Shown here: piece by piece, positions 21,116-31,602 of the stretch
Position numbering within the stretch: the first letter of the stretch is position 1
Layout of the letters: each line of letters starts with the position of its first letter
Assembly: GCA_963775425.1 (NCBI GenBank)
Contig: CAVZJB010000008.1
Location: 96,001-160,000, forward strand
Reading direction: 5' to 3'
Source of the DNA: an uncultured delta proteobacterium
Lineage (GTDB): Bacteria; Myxococcota; UBA727; VGSZ01
Length of the DNA: 64,000 bases
Notes under the pieces: generated by a model
Seen by the model: only the letters and a program-made list of their open reading frames with translations
What the model was told of the DNA's origin: nothing
Database searches by the model: none
Translations under genes and position numbers: made by a program

Positions 21116-22255
21116 ATGGGACTGTTCGACAAACTGAAGGGCGAGCTCGTCGACATCATCGAGTGGCTCGACGACACCAACGGGCAGACGCTGGTCTGGC
21201 GGTTCCCGCGCTATCAAAACGAGATCAAAAACGGCGCGCAGCTCATCGTGCGGCCCGGGCAGCAGGCGGTGTTCGTCAACGAGGGCCGCCTCGCCGACGT
21301 CTTCACCGAGGGGCGCCACGAGCTCAGCACCAACAACCTGCCGCTGTTGTCCACGCTCAAGGGCTGGAAGCACGGCTTCAACTCGCCCTTCAAGTGCGAG
21401 GTCTACTTCGTCTCCACCAAGGTCATCGGGCCGATGAAGTGGGGCACGCCGCAGCCGCTCATGCTGCGCGACCCCGACTTCGGCGTCATCCGCCTCGGCG
21501 CCTTCGGCACCTACGTGTTGCGGTGCACCGACGCCAAGCTGTTGCTGCGCCAGCTCGTCGGCACCGACGGCGTCTACGACACAAACGAGATCAACGAGGT
21601 GATGCGCTCGATCATCCAGTCGAGCTTCGCCAGCGTCCTCGGCAAGAACAAGGTCGCGGCGCTCGACCTGTTGTCGAGCTACGACGCGCTCGGCGAAGAG
21701 GTGCGCGCCACCGTCGCCACGCAGATCGACGACGAGTACGGCCTCGAGATCCCGAACCTCAAGGTCGTGAACATCAACGTGCCCGACGCGGTGCAAAAGG
21801 CCATCGACCAGCGCGCGTCGATGGGCGCGCTCGGCTCGAGCACGCTCGGCCCGGCGCCGAACATGGGCACCTTCCAGCAGTTCCAGATGGGCAACGCCAT
21901 GGCGCAGCCGGGCGGGCGCATGTCGCCGGGGATGGACCTCGGCATGGGCCTCGCCATGGCGGGGCAGATGGCAAACCAGTTCCAACAGCCCTCCATGCAG
22001 GTGCAGGCGCCGCCGCCGCTGCCCACCGCGCAGCAGTGGTACTTCGGCATCAACGGGCAGAACGTCGGCCCGCTGACCGTCGAGGTCGCCAAGCAGTTCG
22101 TGCAGATGGGGCAGCTCAAGGCGGACACCCTCGCGTGGACCAACGGCATGGGCGCGTGGACGCCCGCCGGCCAGGTCCCGCAGCTCGCGGCCCTCTTCGG
22201 CGGCGGCGGCCCCCCGCCGCTGCCCGGCGGCGGCCCGCCCCCGATGCCCAAGTAG
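21116..22255 (+). CDS. SPFH-domain protein (YdjI-like) with C-terminal GYF_2/DUF4339 domain
   Basis: LVWRFP..EIKNGAQLIVR, FNSPFKCEVYFV, KWGT, DPDFG; WYFGING..GP..LAWTNGMGAW. Confidence 0.88.
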   Translation: MGLFDKLKGELVDIIEWLDDTNGQTLVWRFPRYQNEIKNGAQLIVRPGQQAVFVNEGRLADVFTEGRHELSTNNLPLLSTLKGWKHGFNSPFKCEVYFVSTKVIGPMKWGTPQPLMLRDPDFGVIRLGAFGTYVLRCTDAKLLLRQLVGTDGVYDTNEINEVMRSIIQSSFASVLGKNKVAALDLLSSYDALGEEVRATVATQIDDEYGLEIPNLKVVNINVPDAVQKAIDQRASMGALGSSTLGPAPNMGTFQQFQMGNAMAQPGGRMSPGMDLGMGLAMAGQMANQFQQPSMQVQAPPPLPTAQQWYFGINGQNVGPLTVEVAKQFVQMGQLKADTLAWTNGMGAWTPAGQVPQLAALFGGGGPPPLPGGGPPPMPK

Positions 22256-22310
22256 GCAGGGGGCTCGCCCCCTGCGCCGGACGGCCGCAGGCAGGGGGCT
22301 TGTCTCCGCG
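22252..22310 (+). repeat. GTAG-type REP elements overlapping the SPFH stop codon
   Basis: GTAG-GCAGGGGG-ctcg-CCCCCTGC plus a degenerate second copy. Confidence 0.65.
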
Positions 22311-22313
22311 TCG

Positions 22314-23477
22314 GTGACGACGATGTCTCGACGGCGGCGCGACGGTCCCCGGCAGGCGGTGCGTTGGATCGGGGACGCCTTCGTCCTCGAGGGTGACCTC
22401 CGCGCCGGCGCGCCCGCCGTGTGGCGCGGCGGGCGCGAGCCGCAGTGCGCGCGGGTGTGCATCTCCGAGATGATGCGCGACTGGGAATTCGCGGTCGACG
22501 AAGCGCCGCTGGTCGCCGCCGCGGTCGCGCTCGCGGGGCCCGGCATCGTCCCTCGCTACGCCACGTACGCGCGCGACGACGACGTCGTGGTCGTCGAGGT
22601 CGACGTCGCGGACCTCTCGCTGCGCGACCTGATCACCGCCGCGAGCCCGCCCGGCGCGTCGACGGAGGCGCCCGTGGGGCTCGTGCTCTACGTCCTGCGC
22701 GAGCTCGTGCGCGCCTGTGAGATGGCCGGCGACGTGCCGCTCGACCTCCACCCCGCGCGCATCGCCGTCGCCTGGGACGGCCGGGTCCTCCTGCGCCCGC
22801 TGACGCAGCACGAGGAGCTCGACGATCTCGTCGCCTGGCGCGACGATCCCGTCGACGCCGCCGCGTACTTCACCCCGCCGGCCGAGCCGCGCCTCGAGCA
22901 ACAGCTCGTCGCCGGCGCCCTCGCGTACGAGCTCGCCACCGGCCGGCACCCGTTCAAGCCCGCGGCCGCCGCCGCCGACGACGAGCGCGACGACGACGAC
23001 GACGACGAGGATGATGACGAGGACGATGACGACGACGACGAGGAAGCCTACGTCGCCGGGATGCGCGCGCGCATGGACGCCGGCGAGCACGAACGCATCG
23101 TGGGCGCGCCCGCGCTCGCGACGGTGATCGAGCGCTTCATCGGGCGCGCGTTCGCGTCCTGGGCCGCCGCTGCCGCCGCCGTCGACGACGCGCTCGCCGA
23201 CGAGCCCTTCGACGCGCGCTCGCTCGCCGGGATGCTGCGCGGGCTCTTCGAAGACACGCACGCCGCGTGCGCGCTCGAGCGCGAGGATCGGCTGCAGGTG
23301 ATGCCCGGCCCGCGCGTGGAGCTCGAGCCGTGGGCGCCGCTCGACCCCGAGTCCGTCGAGGGCGACACCAACGGCTACGAGGTCGTCGACCTCGACGACG
23401 TGCGCGAGGGCCGCGGGGGCTTCGATGAGCCCTACGAGCCCGCGGTGGAGCCCGTCGATCCCTTCGACGACGACTGA
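22314..23477 (+). CDS. Degenerate kinase-like protein with Asp/Glu tract
   Basis: DLHPARIAVAWDGRVLL and LAYELATGRHPF resemble kinase subdomains; HRD and DFG absent. Confidence 0.55.
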   Translation: MTTMSRRRRDGPRQAVRWIGDAFVLEGDLRAGAPAVWRGGREPQCARVCISEMMRDWEFAVDEAPLVAAAVALAGPGIVPRYATYARDDDVVVVEVDVADLSLRDLITAASPPGASTEAPVGLVLYVLRELVRACEMAGDVPLDLHPARIAVAWDGRVLLRPLTQHEELDDLVAWRDDPVDAAAYFTPPAEPRLEQQLVAGALAYELATGRHPFKPAAAAADDERDDDDDDEDDDEDDDDDDEEAYVAGMRARMDAGEHERIVGAPALATVIERFIGRAFASWAAAAAAVDDALADEPFDARSLAGMLRGLFEDTHAACALEREDRLQVMPGPRVELEPWAPLDPESVEGDTNGYEVVDLDDVREGRGGFDEPYEPAVEPVDPFDDD

Positions 23478-23531
23478 CGGCCCGCGAGGACCGCGCGCGC
23501 CGCGCCGTCGTGCGGTACCCTCTCCGCACCG

Positions 23532-24629
23532 ATGACGTCGGCACGCCCGTTCTGTCTCGCGCTCCTCGCGGCCGCCTGTTGCTCGTGCGCAGGCGCGCCG
23601 TCGGCGACGGCGCGGGCGTGGCCCGAGGCCGACGCGCTCTTTCGCCACGACGTCGACGGCGTTGACGACGGCGGCGAGCGCCCGCGTTTCCTCGGCGCCG
23701 ACAGCGCGTACGCCGCACCGCTGCCGGGCGGCCGCGTGCTCTGGCTCTTCGGCGACACCTTCGTCTCCACGGCGCCGCCGCCCGCCGGCGACCCCCGCGC
23801 GGGATCGCGCATGGTGCGCAACTCCGTGGCCGTCATGAACGGCCGCGACCCTTCCGCCGCCACGACGAGCATCCGCTTCTTCTTCGGCGCCGGCGCCGAC
23901 GGCCCCGCGTCGTTCTTCCCCGACGCCGGCGACGGCTGGACCTGGCCGGGCACGCCGGCGCTCGTGCGCGATCCGGCGACGGCCACCGACAAGCTCCTGC
24001 TCTTCCTTTGGAAGATGGCGCCGTCCGACGGCGGGCTCGGCTTCGCGCTCGACCACACCGAGGCCGTCCTCGTCGAAAACCCCGCCGACGTCCCGCCCGC
24101 GTGGCGCACTGTCCCCGTGCCCGTCGCGGACGCCGTCGACGGTTTTCGGCTCGGGACCGGCGGCGCCCTCGTCGACGGCGACACGCTCTTCCTCCTCGCC
24201 GCGCGCGAGCCCGGCGACCACGAGATGGCGCTGTTCTCCGTGCCCGCGGCCGACGCCGCCCGCGGCGACCTCTCGGCGCTCGCGCTCAAAGGCGACGCCG
24301 GCTTCCGCGGCCAGACGGAGCTGTCGCTCACGCACGCGGCGGGCGCGTTCGAGGTCGTCGACGTGGACGGCTTCGGCCAGGCGCCCATCGAGCTGCGCAC
24401 CGTGAGCTCGCTGTCGGCGCCTTCGTTCAGCGCGCCGGCCGTCGTGTACCGCGAGCCCGAGATCGACAGGGACGGCGTCCTCCTCTATTCGGCGAAGGCG
24501 CACCCCGAGCTGTCCGGCGCCGACCTCGTCGTCACCTACTGCAGCAACCACACGGACTTCGCCACGCTCACGAGCGACCCGAGCCTCTACTTCCCGCGCT
24601 TCGTGCGCATCACGCTGGAGAAGCGATAG
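23532..24629 (+). CDS. Secreted DUF4185/DUF5005-like putative glycoside hydrolase
   Basis: GADSAY..LPGGRVLWLFGDTF, MVRNS, YSAKAHPEL, YFPRF. Confidence 0.7.
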   Translation: MTSARPFCLALLAAACCSCAGAPSATARAWPEADALFRHDVDGVDDGGERPRFLGADSAYAAPLPGGRVLWLFGDTFVSTAPPPAGDPRAGSRMVRNSVAVMNGRDPSAATTSIRFFFGAGADGPASFFPDAGDGWTWPGTPALVRDPATATDKLLLFLWKMAPSDGGLGFALDHTEAVLVENPADVPPAWRTVPVPVADAVDGFRLGTGGALVDGDTLFLLAAREPGDHEMALFSVPAADAARGDLSALALKGDAGFRGQTELSLTHAAGAFEVVDVDGFGQAPIELRTVSSLSAPSFSAPAVVYREPEIDRDGVLLYSAKAHPELSGADLVVTYCSNHTDFATLTSDPSLYFPRFVRITLEKR

Positions 24630-24631
24630 CG

Positions 24632-25762
24632 ATGACGTCTTCGACGATTCCCCCCTCCGAGGGTCAAGGTGGTTTCGGCGAGCTGGGAGCGCAGAAGACG
24701 TTCCCCTGCGAAAACTGCGGCGCCAAGCTCACGTTCTCCATCGGCGCGCAGAAGCTCAAGTGCGACCACTGCGGCTACGAAAAAGAGCTCGAGTTCGCGG
24801 AAGGCGCCAAGGTCGAGGAGAAGGACCTGATGGGCGCGCTGTCCAAGCAGGCCACGCGGCGCGCGTCGACCGGGCAGTTCGCGGGCACGCACGAGGTGAA
24901 GTGCGGCTCCTGCGGCGCCATCGTGGTGTTCTCGGGCTCGCTGACGTCGTCGAAGTGCAGCTACTGCGACGCGCCCATCCAGCGCGAGAACGCGCACGCG
25001 GCGCAGCAGCGCTTGCCCGTGGACGGCCTGTGCACCTTCCTCATCGAGAAGGACGCGGCGTCCATCAAGCTCAAGGACTGGGTGAAGAGCCGCTGGTTCG
25101 CGCCGGGCGAGTTCAAGAAGCGCGGCGTCGCCGGGGGCTTCGACGGTGTGTACATGCCGTACTTCACCTTCGACGCCATGACGCACACCCGCTACGCGGG
25201 CGAGCGCGGCGACGCCTACTACGTCGACGTCGGCTCCGGCGACAACAAGCGGCGCGAGCGCCGCGTGAAGTGGTCCAGCACGCGCGGCGCCTTCCAGCGC
25301 TTCTTCGACGACGTGTGCATCCCGGCGTTGAAGAGCCTGCCGCAGAAGCTCCTGCAGAAGCTCGAGCCGTGGCCGCTCGAAAAGAGCGTGCCGTTTTCCG
25401 ATGAGGCGCTCTCGGGCAAGCTCGCGCACACGTACGAGATCGAGCTCGAAGAGAGCTTCGGCAAGGCCAAGCAGCGCATCGAGACCACGCTCACCTCCGA
25501 CGTGAAGAAGCGCATCGGCGGCGACGAGCAGCGCGTTCACTCCATGGACGTGAACTACAGCGCGCTCACGTACAAGCACGTGTTGTTGCCCGTGTGGATC
25601 CTCGCGTACCGCTACGCCGACAAGACGTATCGCGTGGTGGTGAACGCGATGACGGGCCAGGTCTCGGGCGAGCGTCCCTACTCGCCGATCAAGATCGCGC
25701 TCGCCGTCATCGCCGGCGTCGCCGTCGCCGCGGCCATCTGGTACTTCACGCGCCGCCACTGA
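24632..25762 (+). CDS. Zinc-ribbon membrane protein (YdjG-like SPFH partner)
   Basis: Four CxxC pairs; WVKSRWFAP; YMPYFTFD; LLPVW; C-terminal TM helix. Confidence 0.85.
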   Translation: MTSSTIPPSEGQGGFGELGAQKTFPCENCGAKLTFSIGAQKLKCDHCGYEKELEFAEGAKVEEKDLMGALSKQATRRASTGQFAGTHEVKCGSCGAIVVFSGSLTSSKCSYCDAPIQRENAHAAQQRLPVDGLCTFLIEKDAASIKLKDWVKSRWFAPGEFKKRGVAGGFDGVYMPYFTFDAMTHTRYAGERGDAYYVDVGSGDNKRRERRVKWSSTRGAFQRFFDDVCIPALKSLPQKLLQKLEPWPLEKSVPFSDEALSGKLAHTYEIELEESFGKAKQRIETTLTSDVKKRIGGDEQRVHSMDVNYSALTYKHVLLPVWILAYRYADKTYRVVVNAMTGQVSGERPYSPIKIALAVIAGVAVAAAIWYFTRRH

Positions 25763-26012
25763 AAGGGTGACGCGCAACGTGATCCGTGCCGCGCCGACGC
25801 CTCGGGGCGGCACGGGCAGTCCATTCGCGACGTCGGCGACGTCGACGACCCTGCGGGGCTTGACGTCGGCTGCGTCGACGCCCCGTAGGGCGGGGGCTTG
25901 TCCCCCGCGTCGGAAAGGCACGTGGACGTTGCCGGTGTCTCCGACGCGCCCCACACGGGGGCGCCCTACGTCTCGATGCCCTGCGTGCCGTGTCGACGTG
26001 TGCGGCGACGAC
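25760..26012 (+). repeat. Intergenic mosaic element containing a REP doublet
   Basis: Begins TGAAAGGGTGACGCGCAACGTGATCC and ends TGCCGTGTCGACGTGTGCGGCGACGAC (both ends shared with 40049-40238); inverted GTAG-REP pair at 25885-25969. Confidence 0.7.
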
Positions 26013-26110
26013 GGCGCCGGCCGTCGCCCCGACGCGAGAACGGCGACGAACGCCCTGCCGCCGTGAATGTCGTAGCGCCGCTGAGCGCAGTTGTGGCTCG
26101 CTGACCCGGC

Positions 26111-26356
26111 CTATTTCCATTCGCCCGCGGCGAGGACCTTTTCCTTCGGCAGCGACATGACCACCGAGCGCTTCTTTCCGTCGGCACGGGTGGCGGCCAC
26201 CACGCGCACCAACGTGCGCTTGAGCCGCGCGTTGCGGGGCGGCTCGCCGGGGCGAAGGCCCGTGAGGCCGTCGTTCACGTTGATCTCGATGGTCCGCTCG
26301 GTGCCGGCAGGCTCGCCGAGGAGCTTCTTCGCCGCTTGCTGCAGGGTCTCACGCAT
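26111..26356 (-). CDS. Small hypothetical protein
   Basis: 81-aa ORF with normal composition, divergent from the DUF188 gene. Confidence 0.5.
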   Translation of the reverse strand: MRETLQQAAKKLLGEPAGTERTIEINVNDGLTGLRPGEPPRNARLKRTLVRVVAATRADGKKRSVVMSLPKEKVLAAGEWK

Positions 26357-26431
26357 GCCGCGGGGTCACACGCCGCGCGGGCGAGCACAATCACCTCCGC
26401 CGCGGGCCCCGGCACGGCGTAGCATCGGGTC

Positions 26432-26887
26432 GTGCCCAGGAAGATCTTCATCGACGCCGACGCGAGCCCGCGGGACGTCAAGGACGTCGTCTTTCGTGCC
26501 TCCGCGCGCCTGTCGGTCGCCGTCGTCGTGGTCGCCAACAAGGCGATGTTCGTGCCGCGCTCGCCGCTGGTGTCCATGGTGCAGGTGCGCGGCGGGCCCG
26601 ACGTCGCCGACGACCACATCGTGGCCGCCGCCGTCGCCGGCGACATCGCCGTGACGCACGACATCCCGCTCGCCGCGCGGCTCGTCGACAAGAACGTCGT
26701 CGTCATCGATCCGCGCGGCGAGATCTACGACCGCGAAAACGTCGGCGAGCGATTGTCGGTCCGCGACTTCATGGCCGAGGTGCGCGACGCCGGCGTCACC
26801 ACCGGTGGGCCGGCGCCGTTTTCGGCGCGCGACAAGCAACGCTTCGCGAGCGCCCTCGATCGCGCGCTTCACGCCGGCCGCCGCTGA
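26432..26887 (+). CDS. YaiI/YqxD (DUF188) family protein
   Basis: IFIDADASP, VVANK, DVADDHI, GDIAVTHDIPLA, RDFMAEVR. Confidence 0.92.
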   Translation: MPRKIFIDADASPRDVKDVVFRASARLSVAVVVVANKAMFVPRSPLVSMVQVRGGPDVADDHIVAAAVAGDIAVTHDIPLAARLVDKNVVVIDPRGEIYDRENVGERLSVRDFMAEVRDAGVTTGGPAPFSARDKQRFASALDRALHAGRR

Positions 26888-26901
26888 CGCCGCTGCGCTC
26901 G

Positions 26902-27333
26902 GAGGCTGACGCGTAACGTGATCCATCGGGATCCGCGTCATCGCTGATCCGAGCCACCCGGAAGGGGACGGTGCTACGGCTACACGCCGGAGCGGAAAGG
27001 AGCGGGAGGGCTCGGCGACGAAGACGCGCGCCGAGTTGAGCGCCGGGGCGCCGAGCTCTCCGCTCCTTTCCGCTCCGGCGGTGGCGACGTTGTCTAGCCT
27101 TCGCGAGTCCGCGCCGACGTCGCATCGAGGCACGTCGGCGCGCACACGACCCGCACGAACCCGCCACGTGCGCTGATAGCAAGATCACAACACCGCTCGG
27201 ACCCGCCGTTTCCTCACAACCTGCAGCGGTTCTTGCGCGCCGACGTGCCTCGCCACGTACTCCGCGCGGCGAGCCACCTTGTGGGCGGCTTCGCCGAGTG
27301 CTGCGACGAGCCCTATTTTTCTTCAGCCTTTCA
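26902..27333 (+). mobile_element. MITE-like structured element, copy 1
   Basis: Near-identical inverted copy at 52205-52700; ends AGGCTGACG..TCAGCCTTTCA; perfect 21-bp stem 26985-27005/27060-27080. Confidence 0.7.
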
Positions 27334-27681
27334 CCCCTGACACTTGCCGGTGCCCGTGTTGCACGTCTCGTCGCCGGCGCAGTCGCTGTCGCTCGTGCAG
27401 CTCGCGCCGCCGCCGGTGCCGTCCTTGGCCGGCGAGAAGCACTTGCCGGTGCTCGCGTCGCAGTTGTCGCCGGTGGGGCAGGTGGCGTCCGTGGTGCACG
27501 GCTTTCCGTCGGTGGTGTCGACGGGATCAGCGCAGGAGCCGTTGGTATCGCACAGGCCCGACGCACAGTCGGCGTCGGCGTTGCAGTCGTCGCCGACCTG
27601 GGAGAGCTGTTTGCCACAGCCCAGCGACACGAGGACAACGACGGCGAAGAGGGAGCAGAGGGAGAAGGTCTTGTGAAGCAT
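27331..27681 (-). CDS. Small Cys-rich lipoprotein
   Basis: Lipobox SLG-C; three CxxDxxCxxGxxC..C repeats. Confidence 0.8.
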   Translation of the reverse strand: MLHKTFSLCSLFAVVVLVSLGCGKQLSQVGDDCNADADCASGLCDTNGSCADPVDTTDGKPCTTDATCPTGDNCDASTGKCFSPAKDGTGGGASCTSDSDCAGDETCNTGTGKCQG

Positions 27682-27782
27682 GAGCACCTCGCGTCCTCTA
27701 CGTCGACGACGAGGGCGCACGATCGGGGCGCGGCGCCCCGGCGGGGCGAGACCGCGGCGGCTCCATGTTCTATGCTGGCGGC

Positions 27783-28442
27783 ATGGCTCTTCGACTCGTC
27801 TCCCACCGCGCCTGCCCCTATGTGCAGCGCGCGGTCATCGTGCTCCTCGAGAAGGACGTCCCCCACGAGACGCAATACGTGGACCTCGCCAACAAGCCCC
27901 CGTGGTTCCTGGAGCTGTCGCCGCGCGGCAAGGTGCCGCTGCTCGTCGTCGACGGCGGCGCGGTGCTCTTCGAGTCCGCCGCCATCTGCGAGTTCCTCGA
28001 GGAGACCAACGCGCCGCCGCTGATGCCCGCCGACCCCGTCCAGCGCGCCCGCGACCGCGCGTGGGGCGCGTTCAGCGCGGAGCTCCTCTTCACGCCCATG
28101 TACCTGCTGTCCACGACGGACAAGCCCGACGAGCTCGCCCGGCTGCTCGACGGCGTGCGCACAACGCTCACGCGCCTCGACGCCGAGCTCGCGGGCCGGC
28201 AGTGGCTGTCCGGCGACGGGTCCCGCTTCGGCATGGCCGACGCATTCACGGCCCCGTTCTTCGTTCGCGCCGCCATCGTCGGCGACGCCGCGCGCTCGCC
28301 CATCCCCGACGGGCTCGACAACGTCCGCGCCTACGGCGAGCGGATCCTCGCGCGCGACAGCGTCACGCGCTCCACGCCGGACGGCCTCGCCGCCGACACC
28401 GTGAAGCTCATGCGCGCCAAGAACGCCGCCATTCTTCAATAG
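27783..28442 (+). CDS. Glutathione S-transferase family protein
   Basis: CPYVQR, KPPWFLELSPRGKVP, FESAAICEFL, MADA. Confidence 0.92.
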   Translation: MALRLVSHRACPYVQRAVIVLLEKDVPHETQYVDLANKPPWFLELSPRGKVPLLVVDGGAVLFESAAICEFLEETNAPPLMPADPVQRARDRAWGAFSAELLFTPMYLLSTTDKPDELARLLDGVRTTLTRLDAELAGRQWLSGDGSRFGMADAFTAPFFVRAAIVGDAARSPIPDGLDNVRAYGERILARDSVTRSTPDGLAADTVKLMRAKNAAILQ

Positions 28443-28457
28443 ACGGCGAGCTGCGGC

Positions 28458-28850
28458 CTACGACAGGCAGGTGAAGAAGCAGAAGTCGAAGCAGAAGTTG
28501 CCGTCGCAGTATTCGGTGCACGTCTCGTTTTCGGTGCGCGACCGACAATCGTCGAAGCTCGCGGGCTCCGGGTCCGCGCAGGGAGGGTCGCTGTTGGCGG
28601 CCAGGTCGTCGCACTTGTCGCGCAGGGCCTTGTCGTCCTGAGTGCAGTCGTCGTCGACCGGCTTGGTGCATTCGACGGACTTCCGGCAATCCGCGCGCAG
28701 CCAGAGCACGCACGAGGCCTCCCAGGGCTCGAACGTCGCGAGCACGGCGGGGTCGGCGTCGACGATGACGTCGAGCTTCTTCTTGCCGTTCGTGTCCTCG
28801 GTCTCGCCGGGGCCGCAGGCGGAGGCGAGGAGGACCGCGGCGGCGATCAA
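28458..28850 (-). CDS. Small Cys-rich lipoprotein
   Basis: LASA-C lipobox; about 11 Cys; start uncertain. Confidence 0.6.
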   Translation of the reverse strand: MIAAAVLLASACGPGETEDTNGKKKLDVIVDADPAVLATFEPWEASCVLWLRADCRKSVECTKPVDDDCTQDDKALRDKCDDLAANSDPPCADPEPASFDDCRSRTENETCTEYCDGNFCFDFCFFTCLS

Positions 28851-29075
28851 GAAGCCGCCGGCGAATTGCGACCGGCGGGAGCCGCCGCGCGAGTCGTGCC
28901 GCCGCCGCTCGCTCCGGCGACAATCAGGACGCCCCGCCCAATCGCAATTCGAATAATCGAATGGATCCCCATGAATCGATGCTAGGGGACGGTTGCCCGT
29001 GGCGCAATCGACGGATGCTCCCGCGCCGATCGATCGGGGCCGCTCCAGTCGCGGGCGCCCGCGTCATCGGCGTAC

Positions 29076-29108
29076 GAAACGAAACGACCCGGCGTGTGCC
29101 GGGTCGTT
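29076..29108 (-). terminator. Intrinsic terminator after rpsB
   Basis: 11-bp stem AACGACCCGGC/GCCGGGTCGTT followed by T-rich tail on minus strand. Confidence 0.65.
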
Positions 29109-29138
29109 CGTGCGAAGCAGGCCGTGAGGGCTCCTTCG

Positions 29139-30092
29139 TCAGGCGGGCGGCGAAGCCTCGACCGGGCCCGAGTCTTCCTTCTTGTCCTCGTCTTTCTTGT
29201 CTTCTTCCTTCTTCTCTTCGTCCTCGGTGCCGCCGCCGATGTCCTCGTCCTCGGTCTCGTTGGCCACCTGGCCGCCGGGGCGGCGGGCGCGGATGACGTC
29301 GACCTTGGGACCCTTCTTGCCACGCGGCTTCTTGTCGTCGCGCTCGGCGCGCTCGGCCTTGGGCTCCGTCTCTTCCTTCTCGCCGCCCTTGCTGCGCAGG
29401 TACTCCTGGTGGCGGGCGTTGCCCTCCGAGCAGGCGTCGGAGACCTTCTGCGTGAAGAGCTTGATGGAGCGGATGGCGTCGTCGTTGGCCGGGATGAGGT
29501 AGTCGATGCCGTCCGGGTCGCAGTTGGTGTCGACGAGGGCGATGATCGGGATGCCGAGCCGCTTGGCCTCGTCCACGGCGATGTGCTCGCGCTTGGGATC
29601 GATGACGAAGATGGCGCCGGGCAGCTTGTTCATGTCGCGGATGCCCGCGAGGTTCTTCTCGAGCTTCTGGAGCTCGCGGCTGAGCTGCACGACCTCTTTC
29701 TTGGGCAGGCGGTCGAAGGTGCCGTCCTGCTGCATCTTCTCCAGCGAGCGCAGGCGGTCGATGCCCTGCTTGATGGTCTTGAAGTTGGTGAGCATGCCGC
29801 CGAGCCAGCGGTTGTTCACGTAGAACTGGCCGGAGCGCTTGGCCTCCTCCGCCACGATGTCCTGCGCCTGCTTCTTGGTGCCGATGAAGAGCACCTTCTC
29901 GCCGCGCGCCACGAGCGTGGCCGCCTTCTCGTAGGCCCGGTCGAACAGGCCCACGGTCTGCTGCAGGTCGATGATGTAGATGCCGTTCCGCGCGCCAAAG
30001 ATGTAGGGCTTCATCTTCGGGTTCCAGCGGCGGGTCTGGTGCCCGAAGTGCGCGCCGCACTCGAGCATGTCTCTCATCGCGATGGTGGCCAT
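29139..30092 (-). CDS. rpsB: 30S ribosomal protein S2 with charged C-terminal extension
   Basis: [43 protein letters not shown]. Confidence 0.98.
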   Translation of the reverse strand: MATIAMRDMLECGAHFGHQTRRWNPKMKPYIFGARNGIYIIDLQQTVGLFDRAYEKAATLVARGEKVLFIGTKKQAQDIVAEEAKRSGQFYVNNRWLGGMLTNFKTIKQGIDRLRSLEKMQQDGTFDRLPKKEVVQLSRELQKLEKNLAGIRDMNKLPGAIFVIDPKREHIAVDEAKRLGIPIIALVDTNCDPDGIDYLIPANDDAIRSIKLFTQKVSDACSEGNARHQEYLRSKGGEKEETEPKAERAERDDKKPRGKKGPKVDVIRARRPGGQVANETEDEDIGGGTEDEEKKEEDKKDEDKKEDSGPVEASPPA

Positions 30093-30117
30093 GGCTGTCT
30101 CTCTCTTCCTGTACCGT

Positions 30118-30250
30118 CGGGTTGAATCCGCCACGCGTGAAGCGCCAATCAGCGCTGGTCGCGAACCCTGTGCCAACGGTCTGGCATCCCAGGGACCCCG
30201 CGACACCCCCGCGCAGACACCTCTGTCCGGCCGGGTCGTGCGTGTGTGTT
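30118..30250 (-). ncRNA. rpsB leader (S2 autoregulatory / t44-like RNA)
   Basis: Directly 5' of rpsB; begins ACACACACG and ends GCGTGGCGGATTCAACCC, resembling t44 ends. Confidence 0.6.
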
Positions 30251-30390
30251 GGGGACGCTCGTCGGACCCGGAGATCTCGACGGTGCGCCCCTCTTGAAAG
30301 GCCTGGTTTCCGTACCAGAGCCCGTCCGTGCCGGCAAGCAATGATCGGTTCGATCCAGCCGCGATCGCAGACCTCGTGTAGGGTCTGCGC

Positions 30391-31602
30391 GTGCGGACGC
30401 TCCCCCTCCTCTCGCTCGTGATGTGCCTCCTCGCCCCGTCAGCCCGCGCGGACGACCTCCTGCCCATCGCCGTGGGCCAGACCCGGGGCGGGATCCCGGT
30501 GGTCGCGGTGCAGGGCGGGCCGTGGGCGGTGGTCGACCTGCACGTGCGCACGGGCGACGCCCCGCTGACCCCGACCGAGCACCGCGCGCTCGACGCCCTC
30601 GGCCAGGCCCTCGCGGACGGAGCGCTGGCGCCGCGCGGGCGCCCGCTGTCCGCCGACGTCGACGCCGCCGGCGGCAAGGTGCGCGTCCGCGTCGACCCCG
30701 ACGGCCTCGTGGTCGCCTTCGGCGCGCCCATGGAGCGCTTCGACCTGCTGCTGCGCACCGTCGACGGCGTCCTGCGCGGGCGCGCCCGCCTGCAGCCCGC
30801 CACCCGCGCCCACGAGGTCCTGCCCACCGACGACGGTGCCGTCGATCCGCGGGCCCTCGCGCTGGCGCTGCCGGGCCTGCCCGCGGCGCTGCCGACGTCG
30901 GGCGCGACGGTGAGCGCCGGCGTGCTGCGGGACGCCGCGCAGGCGTTGCTGCGCCGCGGCCGCGTCGCCTTGAGCGTCGTCGGCCCCAAGCCGGGGACCG
31001 ACCTGCTCGGCGCCGTGCTGCGCGCGGTGACGGCGCCGCTGTCCGCCGGCGACGACGTCGACGCCGGCGTGTTCGCGCCGCCCAAGCTCACACCCGGCAC
31101 GCTCCTGTACGAGGCGCCGGACGCGGCGCAGAAGGGGGCGCGGGCGACGCTGTGGCTCCTCGGGCCCGGCCGGGGCCTCCCGGGCGCGAGCCCGAGGGAC
31201 CGCGCCGCCCGCGCCGTGCTCGCCCGCCTCGCCGGCGGCCGCGCCGAGGGCGCCGCCGGCCTGTTCGCCCTCGCCCTCGACGTCGAGAGCGCGCGCGCCA
31301 GCCGCATCGCCCGCGCCGAGGGCGCCCGCGTGAAGGCCCTGGTGGACGTCGCGCGCACGCCGCCGCCGCAGGACGTCGTCGACGCTGCGCGCACCCAGGA
31401 GCGGGCGGCGCGGCTGTCGCGCCTGAAGGACGCCGACGCCGTCGCCGACGCCCTGGGCCGCGCGCTCCTCGCCGGCGACGCGGGCCTCGTGCAAAAGGAG
31501 CTCGACGCGCTGAACGAGGTCACCGCCGCCGACGTCGCCCAGGCGGCGAAGCAGGCGGCGTCGGGGCCGCGGGTCGTGTTGCGCACGGTGGGCGCTCGAT
31601 GA
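30391..31602 (+). CDS. Secreted, divergent M16 peptidase-like protein (probably inactive)
   Basis: Signal peptide; [14 protein letters not shown]; C-terminal [14 protein letters not shown]; no HxxEH. Confidence 0.5.
   Translation: MRTLPLLSLVMCLLAPSARADDLLPIAVGQTRGGIPVVAVQGGPWAVVDLHVRTGDAPLTPTEHRALDALGQALADGALAPRGRPLSADVDAAGGKVRVRVDPDGLVVAFGAPMERFDLLLRTVDGVLRGRARLQPATRAHEVLPTDDGAVDPRALALALPGLPAALPTSGATVSAGVLRDAAQALLRRGRVALSVVGPKPGTDLLGAVLRAVTAPLSAGDDVDAGVFAPPKLTPGTLLYEAPDAAQKGARATLWLLGPGRGLPGASPRDRAARAVLARLAGGRAEGAAGLFALALDVESARASRIARAEGARVKALVDVARTPPPQDVVDAARTQERAARLSRLKDADAVADALGRALLAGDAGLVQKELDALNEVTAADVAQAAKQAASGPRVVLRTVGAR

Noticed and set aside
17900-22546. Very long Arg/Ala-rich ORFs (1548, 1122, 892, 850 aa, and the 5' extension of the 1356-aa rpsB frame)
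   Set aside because: Stop-poor shadow frames typical of high GC, overlapping recognisable genes
26902-27333. Group II intron, tRNA or known riboswitch
   Set aside because: No domain V or cloverleaf and no recognisable aptamer by eye; an Rfam search would be needed to exclude this fully
30161-30175. Sigma54 motif TGGCACAGGGTTCGC upstream of rpsB (minus strand)
   Set aside because: Lies inside the structured S2 leader; probably coincidental
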